A DNA stretch of 64,000 bases, taken from NCBI RefSeq assembly GCF_028368995.1, contig NZ_JAQNDL010000002.1:1664001-1728000 (forward strand). Reading direction: 5' to 3'. The notes beneath the pieces are model-generated. The model was not told where the DNA came from. It did not search any database and saw nothing but the letters and a program-made list of their open reading frames with translations. Positions 10,319 through 21,541 of the stretch are shown in pieces. Source of the DNA: Nannocystis bainbridge (GTDB lineage Bacteria > Myxococcota_A > Polyangia > Nannocystales > Nannocystaceae). The translations under genes and the position numbers were made by a program. The first letter of the stretch is position 1. Each line of letters starts with the position of its first letter.

Positions 10319-12241
10319 TTGCCGCGCCTCCTCGTCGCCCTCGCCGCGTTCACCGTCACGGCCTGCTCCGCGCCTGCTCCGGCGACGCCGGTCGTCACCC
10401 CGCCGGCCACCGTCGTGCACCTCCCGACCGCTCCCCGTGCCGGCCGCGATCCGCACTCGTTCGCCCGCCCCGACGAGGTCCGCGTCGACGCCGTCGACCT
10501 CGACCTCACCGTCGATTTCGCGGCCCACGTCCTCCGCGGCAGCGCCACCCTCGCGCTCACCCGCACCGTCGCCGACGCCCCGCTGGTGCTCGACACCCGC
10601 GACCTGACCATCGAGCGCGTCGAGGCGCACCTGCCCGATCGGACAGACTGGGTGGCGACGACTCACGCGCTCGGCGGCACCCACCCCATCCTCGGCCAGG
10701 CCCTCACGATCGAGCTCCCGCCCGGTGCCGACCGCGTGCGCGTCCACTACCGCACCAGCCCCGCCAGCATCGGCCTGCAGTGGCTCGCCGCCGAGCAGAC
10801 CAGCGACCGCGCCGGCGAATTCCTCTACACCCAGTCGCAGGCGATCCACGCCCGCTCGTGGGTCCCGTGCCAGGACAGCCCCGGGATCCGCGTCACCGTC
10901 GCCGCCCGGATCGCCGCGCCCGCGCCGTACCGGGCCGTCATGGCCGCCGAAGAGCTGTCTCACGAGACAGGTCCCGAAGGACATGTCCTGAGGACCTTCA
11001 AGCTCGACCAGCCGATCCCGGCCTACCTGCTCGCGCTCGCCGTCGGCCGGCTCGACTCGGCCCCGCTCGGCCCGCGCACCGCCGTGTGGGCCGAGCCCGG
11101 CGTGCTCTCGCGCGCCCGCGCCGAGTTCGCCGACCTCGAGGCCATGCTGACCGCCGCCGAGGCCGCCGTCGGCCCGTACCGCTGGGGCCGCTACGAGGTG
11201 CTCGTGCTGCCGGCCGCCTTCCCGTTCGGCGGCATGGAGAACCCGCGCGTCACCTTCGTCACCCCGACGATCCTCGCCGGCGATCGCTCGCTCGTGTCGC
11301 TGATCGCCCACGAGCTGGCCCACGCCTGGTCCGGGAACCTGGTCACCAACGCCACCTGGCGCGATTTCTGGCTCAACGAGGGCTTCACGGTCTACATCGA
11401 GCGCCGGATCCTCGAGGCCATCTACGGCCGCGAGCGCGCCGAGGTCGAGGCCGTGCTCGGCCGCGAGCACCTCGAGATCGAGCTCGCCGACATGTCCGAA
11501 CGGCCAGGCGACCAGATCCTCCACCTCGACCTCGCCGGCCGCGACCCTGACGACGCCGTCACCGACGTCGCCTACGAGAAGGGCGCCCTGTTCCTCCGCC
11601 GGCTCGAGCAGGCCTACGGCCGCGACGCCTTCGACCCGTTCGTCCGCGCCTGGTTCGATCGCCACGCATTCACCGGCCAGACCACCGAGGCCTTCCGCGC
11701 CTTCCTCGACGCCGAGCTCAAGGCTCCGCTGCTCGCCGGACAGACCGCCCCCGACATCGATCTCTGGCTCGAGGCGCCCGGGCTCCCCGAAGACGCGCCC
11801 CGGCCCCAGGCGGCCAGCCTCACCGTCGCCGCCGACGCTGCGCGAGCCTTCGCGGCTGGCGGCAAGCCCGACACTCGCGCCTTCTCGCCCCTGCAGTGGA
11901 TCCATTTCCTCCGCGCCGTGCCGCTGGTCGAGGGTCCGCGCCCGGCCGCCGCGCTCCTCGCCGAACTCGACGCCGCCTACCACTTCACGACCACCGGCAA
12001 CGCCGAGCTGTTGTCCGAGTGGCTCGTCCTCGCCGCCCGTCACGGCTATCGCCCGGCCGACGCGCGGATCCGCGAGTTCCTCGTCGGCGTCGGCCGCCGC
12101 AAGTACGTCCTCCCGATCTACGACGCGCTGCTCGCCACACCCGAGGGCGCCGCGCTCGCGCGCGAGATCTTCGCGGTCGCCCGTCCGGGCTACCACGCGA
12201 TCACCCGCGGCAGCCTCGACGCCCTGCTCGGCGCGCCCTGA
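10319..12241 (+). CDS. M1 family aminopeptidase (leukotriene A4 hydrolase-like), lipoprotein
   Basis: GGMEN, HELAH, WLNEG, AYEKG and VGRRKY motifs, N-terminal lipobox VTAC. Confidence 0.93.
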   Translation: MPRLLVALAAFTVTACSAPAPATPVVTPPATVVHLPTAPRAGRDPHSFARPDEVRVDAVDLDLTVDFAAHVLRGSATLALTRTVADAPLVLDTRDLTIERVEAHLPDRTDWVATTHALGGTHPILGQALTIELPPGADRVRVHYRTSPASIGLQWLAAEQTSDRAGEFLYTQSQAIHARSWVPCQDSPGIRVTVAARIAAPAPYRAVMAAEELSHETGPEGHVLRTFKLDQPIPAYLLALAVGRLDSAPLGPRTAVWAEPGVLSRARAEFADLEAMLTAAEAAVGPYRWGRYEVLVLPAAFPFGGMENPRVTFVTPTILAGDRSLVSLIAHELAHAWSGNLVTNATWRDFWLNEGFTVYIERRILEAIYGRERAEVEAVLGREHLEIELADMSERPGDQILHLDLAGRDPDDAVTDVAYEKGALFLRRLEQAYGRDAFDPFVRAWFDRHAFTGQTTEAFRAFLDAELKAPLLAGQTAPDIDLWLEAPGLPEDAPRPQAASLTVAADAARAFAAGGKPDTRAFSPLQWIHFLRAVPLVEGPRPAAALLAELDAAYHFTTTGNAELLSEWLVLAARHGYRPADARIREFLVGVGRRKYVLPIYDALLATPEGAALAREIFAVARPGYHAITRGSLDALLGAP

Positions 12242-12278
12242 TCTTCACATGTCCTTCGGGACATGTCATTTTCGGCGC

Positions 12279-12312
12279 AAAAAAAAGCGCGCGTCAGTTG
12301 TCTGACGCGCGC
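12279..12312 (-). terminator. Intrinsic terminator on minus strand
   Basis: Perfect 11-bp stem GCGCGCGTCAG-TTGT-CTGACGCGCGC next to A8 (U8 on the minus-strand transcript). Confidence 0.8.
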
Positions 12313-12661
12313 CGCGGCGGAGCACCCCCCAGTGCTCCGACGCACCACTACACAAGAATGTCCGAGACTCGACGAGACCCCCGCGGACTCCAGGGCGCGA
12401 CGATGACGTGCGCCCGTCGATGCAAGCGGTGTTCGGACCCCCCATACAACCCCCGCCGTGATCGGAAGTCGCGGGGCTCGGCGAGTTCGGACTGTGGACC
12501 GCGGCACTCTGCGCTGCCGCTCGGGCAGACGCGGAGAGGAAGAGCGCTCCGGGCGGACCCGAGGCGCGAGCTTCGTGCGTGGCTCACATCCCTTTCATGT
12601 CCGGAGCCTCGACCGTCCTTCACGGTCTTCGAAGATTTTTTTCGAGTCCGAAGAATTTTCT

Positions 12662-13831
12662 TCAGACGCTCGCGGGAGGCGGCGCGCACAGCCAGCGGAC
12701 GCCGTCGAGGAGCACCGCGCTGTCGACGATCGGGTCACCGACGTCGAACAGCGCGAACACGACCTCGATCGACTCGCCGGGGTTGAGCCCGACCTCGCCC
12801 TCGTACCACGCGGTCCCGGCGTGCCCCTCGAAGGCGAACCCACGCAGCGGAATGTCCGGACACTCGTCACCGCAGGCCATGGGCATCGGGTCGAGCTTGA
12901 TCTCGTACGGCAGGGTCTCGGCCGCGATCGGGTTGCCGTCGGGATCGAGGGCGATGTTGCCGGTGTAGCGCTCGCTCGCCACCCAGGCGATGAACATGTC
13001 GTTGTGCCCGCCCGGGAAGCGCGGCGGGTACTCCGAGGTCAAGAACGCGAAGTCGAACGCCAGACCGGTCGTGAACCACGGCGCCACCGCCGAGAAGCGC
13101 AGCTCCGTATAGTCGTAGGCCATCCGCGGATCGCCGCCGAGGGCCCACTGGGCCTCGACCGTCTCGCTGCAGTCGCCGGGGCCGGGCGGCTTCTCGTTGG
13201 CCTCGCACTCCACCGGCGTCGTCACGATCGGCGGCGGCAACTGCGGCAGGTCGTTCCCTGGCCAGTCGGTCGACGGGCACGTCTGCGTGACCGGACAGTT
13301 GCCCAGGCTCGGCATCTGCGGCAGCGTCAGCAGCAGATGCTCGGCGTCGCCGGTCGACAGCACCACGCGACGTGAGCCCTCGGTCGGCGCGAACACGTCC
13401 GTGGTCCCGAGCTGCTCCGAGACCACCCGACGCGAGCCATCCGGGCCCGTCCACGTCAACGCGCCCTCGGTCTGCAGCCCGCCCTCACAGTTGATGCCGA
13501 GCGCGCGGTCGATGTCCTCGCTGTCCGCGTCGCACGCCACCAACGCCGTCGAGCAGAACTCCCACGGCTCGGGCTCGCCGACGTCGAAGCCGAAGTCCGG
13601 CGGGGCCAGCGGGTCGGTCGTCAGCGCCTCGCCGCTGCTGGTCGAGTCCTCTTCCGGACCTGGCTCTTGGGTCATCTGATCGTTGGCGTCCGAGGACTTG
13701 GTGGCCTCGCTCGTCCCCGCATCGTCGCTGCCCGCGTCCTTGACGAAGACCGTCACGAGACAGCCGCTCTCGAGCAGGCATGCCGCGGCCACGATCAGCG
13801 CAGAGTGGGGGGAGCGCACTTTGGCGAGCAT
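12662..13831 (-). CDS. Choice-of-anchor L-like domain lipoprotein
   Basis: Lipobox-like ESGC, Ser/Thr linker, FDFAFLTSEYP...NDMF...NIAL...FALFDVGD...DSAVLLD. Paralogue of 40936-42150. Confidence 0.65.
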   Translation of the reverse strand: MLAKVRSPHSALIVAAACLLESGCLVTVFVKDAGSDDAGTSEATKSSDANDQMTQEPGPEEDSTSSGEALTTDPLAPPDFGFDVGEPEPWEFCSTALVACDADSEDIDRALGINCEGGLQTEGALTWTGPDGSRRVVSEQLGTTDVFAPTEGSRRVVLSTGDAEHLLLTLPQMPSLGNCPVTQTCPSTDWPGNDLPQLPPPIVTTPVECEANEKPPGPGDCSETVEAQWALGGDPRMAYDYTELRFSAVAPWFTTGLAFDFAFLTSEYPPRFPGGHNDMFIAWVASERYTGNIALDPDGNPIAAETLPYEIKLDPMPMACGDECPDIPLRGFAFEGHAGTAWYEGEVGLNPGESIEVVFALFDVGDPIVDSAVLLDGVRWLCAPPPASV

Positions 13832-13919
13832 GCCACCGGAGTCAACTCACGGCACCTCGCCAGCGGCGGCCCGGCATGTGAGATCTGTGGCGAACGCGGA
13901 CGATTCCGCCCGCTCGCGC

Positions 13920-14708
13920 TCACGGTCGGTCCAGCGCCTCGCGCACCTGGGCCGCGTAGGGCCCGTTCGGGTAGCGGGTCAGGAAGCCCGCTGCGCGCCG
14001 TTCTGCCTCGTTCCGACGATTCAGCTCGAACAGAGCCAGCACCGCCACGCCCTCCCATTCCTGGGCGAACTGCCCGGCCTTGAACTCGGCCGCCCCCGCC
14101 TCGGCTCGGGACAGCGCCTCGGCCGGATCGCGCCCGAGGAACCCGCGGGCGGTCTGCAGGCCGCGAGCCTCGCGGAGGTAGTCGGCCGAGCCGACACCGC
14201 CGCGACCCGCCCCGCGCGCGGCCGACTTGCCGGCGCGCACCTTTTTGGCGTCGCCGCGGGCCGCCGTCGGGGCTGGCTTTTCGGACATGTCGTCGGCGGC
14301 CTCTTCGGGGGCCGGCGCTTCGACTGGCCTTTGGGACATGTCCTGAACGACAGCCTGGGGCGCGCGCGGAGCCGGCGCTCGATCTGTCTCGGGAGACATG
14401 TCCGGAGAGACAGCCGTACGCGCCGCCCCGACGCTGTCGAGGACCGGCACCGGCGCCGGCGCCTCGGGCCGCGACAGCCACAGCCCGCCGCCGATGAGCC
14501 CCCCGAGGATCAGCGCCCCGATCCCGAACGCGCTGGCGCCCCAGCCGGACGAGGCCGCGCTGGCGCCCTTGGCCAGCGAGGCTTCGAAGCGGGCCGCGCC
14601 GGCGCCGGCGTCGTAGGGCACGCGTTGGCGAGCGGCAGCGGCGAGGTCGCGGCGCAAGCCGGCGGAGGCCGACACGTCGTCGAGGAGGCGGGTGGGCTCT
14701 TGGGTCAT
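13920..14708 (-). CDS. Putative anti-sigma factor (single TM, Pro/Ala linker, C-terminal TPR-like helices)
   Basis: Start overlaps the ECF stop. One TM segment and a C-terminal FLTRYPNGPYA motif typical of myxobacterial ECF partners. Confidence 0.65.
   Translation of the reverse strand: MTQEPTRLLDDVSASAGLRRDLAAAARQRVPYDAGAGAARFEASLAKGASAASSGWGASAFGIGALILGGLIGGGLWLSRPEAPAPVPVLDSVGAARTAVSPDMSPETDRAPAPRAPQAVVQDMSQRPVEAPAPEEAADDMSEKPAPTAARGDAKKVRAGKSAARGAGRGGVGSADYLREARGLQTARGFLGRDPAEALSRAEAGAAEFKAGQFAQEWEGVAVLALFELNRRNEAERRAAGFLTRYPNGPYAAQVREALDRP
14320..14417. repeat. Two 14-bp-period triplets inside CDS linker
   Basis: Cores at 14323/14337/14351 and 14383/14397/14411. Confidence 0.8.
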
Positions 14709-15301
14709 GAAGTCACCGTTTGCGAGCGGGCGAGCGGTCGAGGCGGCCCGGCGACGAGGCGGGCGTGGGCCTCCATGAATTGCTTGCGGGCCTTGTGTAG
14801 CCGCGAATACACCGTTCCGATGGGGATCCCCAGGCCTGCGGCGATGGCCTCGCAGCTCTCGCCCTCGAGCTCGAAGAGGATGAACACGGCGCGCTTGCCC
14901 TCTTCCAGGGTGTCGAGCGCCTGCTGCACGCGGCGCAGGGCCTCGCTGGCCTCGGCCTGCTCGCCAGGAGAGCTGCCGGCCTGCGCCGACGCGGCGGCGA
15001 CGGCCTCGGTGTCGGCGTCTTCCCACGACCGTCGCAGCTTGCGACGGCTCGCCGACACCACCCGCAGCGTGATCTCGGCCAGCCACGTGGTCGGCCGCGC
15101 CGGGCCCGGCACGAAGCCTCCGCGGCGGTGAGCCACCAGGAAGACCTCCTGCACCACGTCGTCGACCTCGGGTCGACCGACCCCGAGGCGGATCGCGAAG
15201 TTGGCGACGAACTCCGCATGATCGCGGAACAGGCGCGCCGCATCGAGGACCTGAGGGCCGTCACGCTTGGCTGTATGTCGCGTGTCCGTCAAATCCTTCA
15301 C
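14705..15301 (-). CDS. ECF RNA polymerase sigma factor
   Basis: Region 2 DDVVQEVF...TTWL and region 4 RAVFILFELEG.S..IA..LGIPIGTVYSRLHKAR. Confidence 0.92.
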   Translation of the reverse strand: MKDLTDTRHTAKRDGPQVLDAARLFRDHAEFVANFAIRLGVGRPEVDDVVQEVFLVAHRRGGFVPGPARPTTWLAEITLRVVSASRRKLRRSWEDADTEAVAAASAQAGSSPGEQAEASEALRRVQQALDTLEEGKRAVFILFELEGESCEAIAAGLGIPIGTVYSRLHKARKQFMEAHARLVAGPPRPLARSQTVTS

Positions 15302-16299
15302 CGGATCGTGAACGCTATGCCCAGACTCACCATGGCGCCCACGGGCGGCACCGGCAGCGATTCCCCGACCATATCTTGTTTGCTCGGATCGCGCTCGGCG
15401 AGCACCGGCCGCACCACGGGCACCACGAGGTCGAACGCCAGGTCGAGCGCGAAGCGTTTGGTCGCCCAGACCCTCAGCTCGGGCGCCACCATCAACGCCA
15501 CATAGGGCGCCACCGCGGCCTGCACCCCGGGCGTCTTCGCGCCGCTCTGCAGGGCCCCGGCGGCTGGCCCGAAGCACAGGCGAGGCCGCACTCGCGGACG
15601 TGCAAGCGCGGCACAGACATCGATCCGGCCGCCGACGAGGCTCGGCCGCAGCTCCGTGTCCGCGTCGAGCGCGCGAACCCCTCCGTAGCCGCCGAACAGC
15701 CCCGCGCGCAGGTCCACCCACCTGCGCCATCCGAGCTCGAGCTGGGCCCCGCCGCCACCCGCCAGTCCCGGCAGCACCCCGATCCACACGCCGCCGCGCA
15801 CCGCCGCGACCACCGACACCGAAGCGCGGCGCGGCGGCGTCTCGCTCGCGTCACCTCGTCGCGCGCGTCGCTGCAGCGGCGGCCGCTCCGGCTCTTGCGC
15901 CTGCGGCACGCTCCCCTCGCCTGCCTCGATCACCTCGTAGCCGAGCCCCTCGAGCACCGCCGCGTCGACCGCGATGGCGATCGCCAACCCGACCAGCGCA
16001 TGCAGGTCGCTGCACGTCGGTCGCGGCGGATCCAGCGTGCGCTCCACGAGTTCGCCGCGGATCTCGAGCGCGATGGCTACCGAGTGCGGCCGCGTCGGAT
16101 CGCCGCGGACATCGATGCGAGCGACCGACGCGTCGATCGTGTCGCGTCCGAGCCACGTCGTCGCCGCGTCCGCGAGCGCCTCGCTCGTCAGGCACGTCGC
16201 GCCCGGTTCGACGCGCAGCGCCTCCCGCAGCGGCCGCGGGGGCGGAGGCGCCGACGCCGGCGTGAGCAGCACGCCGGCGGTGAACAGAGCGACGAGCAC
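15298..16299 (-). CDS. Exported protein with probable C-terminal outer-membrane beta-barrel
   Basis: Signal peptide and alternating Gly/hydrophobic strands at the C-terminus. Coupled to the ECF gene. Confidence 0.6.
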   Translation of the reverse strand: MLVALFTAGVLLTPASAPPPPRPLREALRVEPGATCLTSEALADAATTWLGRDTIDASVARIDVRGDPTRPHSVAIALEIRGELVERTLDPPRPTCSDLHALVGLAIAIAVDAAVLEGLGYEVIEAGEGSVPQAQEPERPPLQRRARRGDASETPPRRASVSVVAAVRGGVWIGVLPGLAGGGGAQLELGWRRWVDLRAGLFGGYGGVRALDADTELRPSLVGGRIDVCAALARPRVRPRLCFGPAAGALQSGAKTPGVQAAVAPYVALMVAPELRVWATKRFALDLAFDLVVPVVRPVLAERDPSKQDMVGESLPVPPVGAMVSLGIAFTIR

Positions 16300-16363
16300 C
16301 GCGCCCAGGATGCGTCGCCTGGCCCGCGCCTGGCCAGTCGCATCTCGTGGTAAGGTCGCGGCG

Positions 16364-17053
16364 ATGCAGCAAAAACGCGTCGGAGTCGTCCTGACCGGCT
16401 GCGGCTACCTCGACGGGGCCGAGATCACCGAGGCCGTCCTCACCCTCTACTTCCTCGAGCGCGCCGGTCTGGAGCCTCGCTGCTTCGCCCCCGATCGTCC
16501 GCAGATGCACGTCGTCGATCACCTCACCGGCCAGCCCACCGGCGAGACCCGCAACGTCCTCGTCGAAGCGGCGCGGATCGCCCGCGGCAAGGTCGAGCCG
16601 CTCGATCGCGCGCGCATGGACGAGCTCGACGCCCTCGTGCTGCCGGGCGGCTTCGGCGTCGCCAAGAACCTCAGCGACTTCGCCTCCCGCGGCCCCGAGG
16701 CCGACATCGAGCCCGAGCTCGTGCGCCTGGTCGGCGAGGCCCTCTCGCGCGCCAAGCCGCTGGTCGCCATCTGCATCAGCCCTGCGATCCTCGCCGCCGC
16801 CCTGCACAAGCTCGGCATCGGCGGCGCCCGCCTCACCATCGGCGACGACGCCGGCACCGCGGCGGCCATCACCGCGCTCGGCGGCCGTCACGAGGCCTGC
16901 CCCGTCGAGCGCGCGGTCGTCGACGAGCGCCACCGCATCGTCTCCACGCCGGCCTACATGCTCGGCCCCGGCCCGCGCGACGTCGGCGCCGGCATCGAAC
17001 AGGCGATTGCGACCCTCGCCGGCTGGCTGCGCGGCGCGACCGGCCCCGTGTAA
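16364..17053 (+). CDS. elbB: ElbB/ES1 glyoxalase (DJ-1/PfpI superfamily)
   Basis: GCGYLDGAEITEAV, PGGFGVAKNLSDFA, ICISP and IVSTPAYM motifs. Confidence 0.92.
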   Translation: MQQKRVGVVLTGCGYLDGAEITEAVLTLYFLERAGLEPRCFAPDRPQMHVVDHLTGQPTGETRNVLVEAARIARGKVEPLDRARMDELDALVLPGGFGVAKNLSDFASRGPEADIEPELVRLVGEALSRAKPLVAICISPAILAAALHKLGIGGARLTIGDDAGTAAAITALGGRHEACPVERAVVDERHRIVSTPAYMLGPGPRDVGAGIEQAIATLAGWLRGATGPV

Positions 17054-17089
17054 CACTCGCAGCGCCGCACCGTTGCCGAGGAGTTCTCG

Positions 17090-18013
17090 ATGTCGCCGCG
17101 CTCCCTTCGTGCTCTCGCTCTCCTCGTCGCCCTCGCCGCAGCGTGTGGCGGCGAACCGGTCAAGCTGGCGCCCCGGGCCGAAAAACTCGAAGTCCGACCG
17201 CCGCCGCCGGCCCCGACCACCGTGCACCTCGCCATCGACGGCGCGAGCGGACAGCTGGGCTTCGCCATGGAGGCCCCCATCGAGAAGATCCGCGGCAAGG
17301 TCCCGGCATCGGCCCTGAGCGGCGAGGTGTGGCTCGACCCGACCGACCTCGCCAAATCACGCGGCCTCGTGCGCGTCGATCTCCGTCAACTCGAGCTGTA
17401 CCAGCGCACCGTCCCCGAGGGCGGCAAGGAGTTCGGCGAGGAGATCAAGAGCGACACGCAGAACGAGCACGCCCGGCACTGGCTCGAGATTTCGCCCGAC
17501 ACGCCCGCCGACGAGCTGGCCAAGAACAGCGTCGTCGAGTTTGCGCTGGCCCGGATCAGCGACGCCTCCGCGACCGACCTGTCCAAAGTGACAGGTTCCG
17601 AACGCACCGTCACCTTCACGGCCAGCGGCGAATTCCTGCTGCATCAGCGCAAGGCCGAGAAGTCGGTCAAGCTCGAGGCCGTGTTCCGCTACGACGGCGA
17701 CGCGCTGCGCGAGGTCCACGTCAAGAGCGTCGAGCCGCTGACGATCGGCCTCGACGAGTACGATGTCCGCCCGCGCACCGGCTTCAGCCAGCTCGCCGCC
17801 AAGACCCTCGAGCAGCTCGCGCCCAAGGTCGCCAAGGAGGCCCAGGTCTCGCTCGAGTTCGTCGCCAAACCCGACGGCAAGACCGCGAGCCCCGCCGGCC
17901 CCTCGACCCCCGGTCCCGCCGATGCACCCCCGTCCGGCGCCGCGGCCCCGACCGCGCCCGCAACTGCCTCCTCCCCCGGTGCCGCGCCCACCCCCGCGCC
18001 GGCGAACCAGTGA
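17090..18013 (+). CDS. YceI-like lipoprotein
   Basis: Lipobox AAAC, EAPIEKIRG, beta-rich body, GEFLLH motif, Pro/Ala tail. Confidence 0.6.
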   Translation: MSPRSLRALALLVALAAACGGEPVKLAPRAEKLEVRPPPPAPTTVHLAIDGASGQLGFAMEAPIEKIRGKVPASALSGEVWLDPTDLAKSRGLVRVDLRQLELYQRTVPEGGKEFGEEIKSDTQNEHARHWLEISPDTPADELAKNSVVEFALARISDASATDLSKVTGSERTVTFTASGEFLLHQRKAEKSVKLEAVFRYDGDALREVHVKSVEPLTIGLDEYDVRPRTGFSQLAAKTLEQLAPKVAKEAQVSLEFVAKPDGKTASPAGPSTPGPADAPPSGAAAPTAPATASSPGAAPTPAPANQ

Positions 18014-18078
18014 CTCGACGCGCGCCGCGATCCGACGCGCGTCCATCCCCGTAACGAACGCACAGGAGCATCTCAGTC

Positions 18079-18480
18079 ATGGATATTCGCACCATCTCCG
18101 CCACCCTCGCCCTACTCGGCTCCGGCCTCACCCTCGGCGGCTGCAACAAGACCCAAACCGACGCCACCGAGGTCCCCGGCAGCACCGCCGCCGAGGGCGA
18201 GAAGACGGGCGCGGAGACCGAGAAGAGCTGCGGCAGCGAGAAGGGCTGCGGCGGCGAGAAGGGCTGCAGCGGCGTGAAGGGCGACACTAGCTGCGCCGCC
18301 TCGAAGCCGACCGAGACCGCGGCCACCGAGCCCGCGACCGACCCGGCGACCACCGCCACCGCGGCCGCCCCGAGCACCGCCGCCGCCGAGCCCGCGGCCA
18401 CCAAGTCGGAGAAGAAGAAGAAGCCCGGCGCCAAGAAGGCCAAGGGCGAGGCCGCCTGCGGCGAGGGCACCTGCGGCTGA
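18079..18480 (+). CDS. Cys-repeat low-complexity lipoprotein, putative MNIO RiPP precursor
   Basis: AGGAG SD, signal ending LGG-C, EKSCGSEKGCGGEKGCSG..SC and C-terminal ACGEGTCG, directly upstream of a DUF692 gene. Confidence 0.8.
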   Translation: MDIRTISATLALLGSGLTLGGCNKTQTDATEVPGSTAAEGEKTGAETEKSCGSEKGCGGEKGCSGVKGDTSCAASKPTETAATEPATDPATTATAAAPSTAAAEPAATKSEKKKKPGAKKAKGEAACGEGTCG

Positions 18481-18495
18481 TCGCCGACCGCGCCG

Positions 18496-18655
18496 CCTGT
18501 CCCTTCGACCAGCCCGGGCCCGCGCCGGGCTGTCGGCTTTCGCGCGCTGGCAACCTGTCCCTTCGACCAGGCCGGCCCGAGCCCGCAAGTCGGACCCCCC
18601 AAAGCCGGGTGCTCTGCTCGACGCAGCCCCCACGTCGACCTGTCCCTTCGACCAG
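18496..18655. repeat. Three identical 17-bp direct repeats CCTGTCCCTTCGACCAG
   Basis: Copies at 18496, 18554, 18639, with unrelated 41-bp and 68-bp spacers. Confidence 0.9.
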
Positions 18656-18664
18656 ACTCGTTGA

Positions 18665-20542
<1,878 letters not shown>

Positions 20543-20632
20543 CTCGCCCCGAGCGAGCAGCATGCCGTCGCAACTTCGGCAGCCGGTGCCGACACCGAGG
20601 TTGCCGCGGTCGCAATCTCGGCCGCGCGCCCG

Positions 20633-21541
20633 TTACCAGTGCAGCCCGAGCTGCAGCGCGCCTTGCAGCGCGTGACCGACTTCCCAACGCGACGGCGTGA
20701 TCCCGTCCTTCGGCATGTGCAGCGCGATCATCCGGTACACCGTCGTGAAGCCGATCGTCACCTGCTGCGACACCCACGCGTCGAAGCCGAGGCCCGCGCG
20801 GATCTGGGCCCCGTGGAGCACATCGCCGAGCGGCATCTTGGCCCGCGCGTAGCCGACGCCGAACTCCATCAGCGGCTGGAACCGCTTCTTCATGAAGTAC
20901 ACGCGGACGAACACCGGGTCCCAGAAGAACATCCCGCCGTTCTTGATGGTCTTGTCGGTCGTGCCGGGCAGCGTCGTGCGCACGCTCGTGTGCGTCTGCC
21001 CCGACATGCCCATGCCCACGCCGAGGCGGTTGTTGATGCGGACGCCGAAGTCGAACCCGCCGCCGATGGTGAGCAGCGTCGGGCGGGCCGGCTTGTCGCC
21101 GCCGATGGGTCCGGAGATCAGCAATCGCGGGGCGATCCAGTAGCGGCCGCGCCACGAGTCGCGCTTGATCTTCGCCGGGTCGGCCGGGGTCGGCGGCGCT
21201 GGCAGCGGCTCGACCTGGCGGCCGCCCCAGTCGAACGACGGCGCAGCGTCCGCTGTCGGCGGGGCGCCGGCAGGAGCGCCGGGCGTCGGCGGGGCGGTCA
21301 CCGGCGGGGCCACCGGCGGCGGTGCGCTCGACGGCGGCGGCACCGACACGCCGGCCTCCGGTGTCGCGCTCGGCGTGGCCACGGTCTCGCTCGCCGGCGG
21401 GGGCGCGGGCACCGGCGCCGTCTCGGTGGCAGGCGTCGTCGCAGGCGCCGTCGCCGGTGCGGGCTCCTGCGCCTGCGCTGGCGTGGTGGCGAGCACGCCG
21501 GTGAGACAGATCAGGACTGCACGGATGTGAGCGAGCGTCAT
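20633..21541 (-). CDS. Exported protein with Pro/Ala-rich N-terminus and probable outer-membrane beta-barrel
   Basis: Signal peptide (AQA), amphipathic strands, terminal aromatic residue (LQLGLHW). Confidence 0.65.
   Translation of the reverse strand: MTLAHIRAVLICLTGVLATTPAQAQEPAPATAPATTPATETAPVPAPPPASETVATPSATPEAGVSVPPPSSAPPPVAPPVTAPPTPGAPAGAPPTADAAPSFDWGGRQVEPLPAPPTPADPAKIKRDSWRGRYWIAPRLLISGPIGGDKPARPTLLTIGGGFDFGVRINNRLGVGMGMSGQTHTSVRTTLPGTTDKTIKNGGMFFWDPVFVRVYFMKKRFQPLMEFGVGYARAKMPLGDVLHGAQIRAGLGFDAWVSQQVTIGFTTVYRMIALHMPKDGITPSRWEVGHALQGALQLGLHW

Noticed and set aside
18496-18655. Possible mini-CRISPR
   Set aside because: Repeat is only 17 bp, spacers are unequal (41 and 68 bp), and there is no cas gene or leader.
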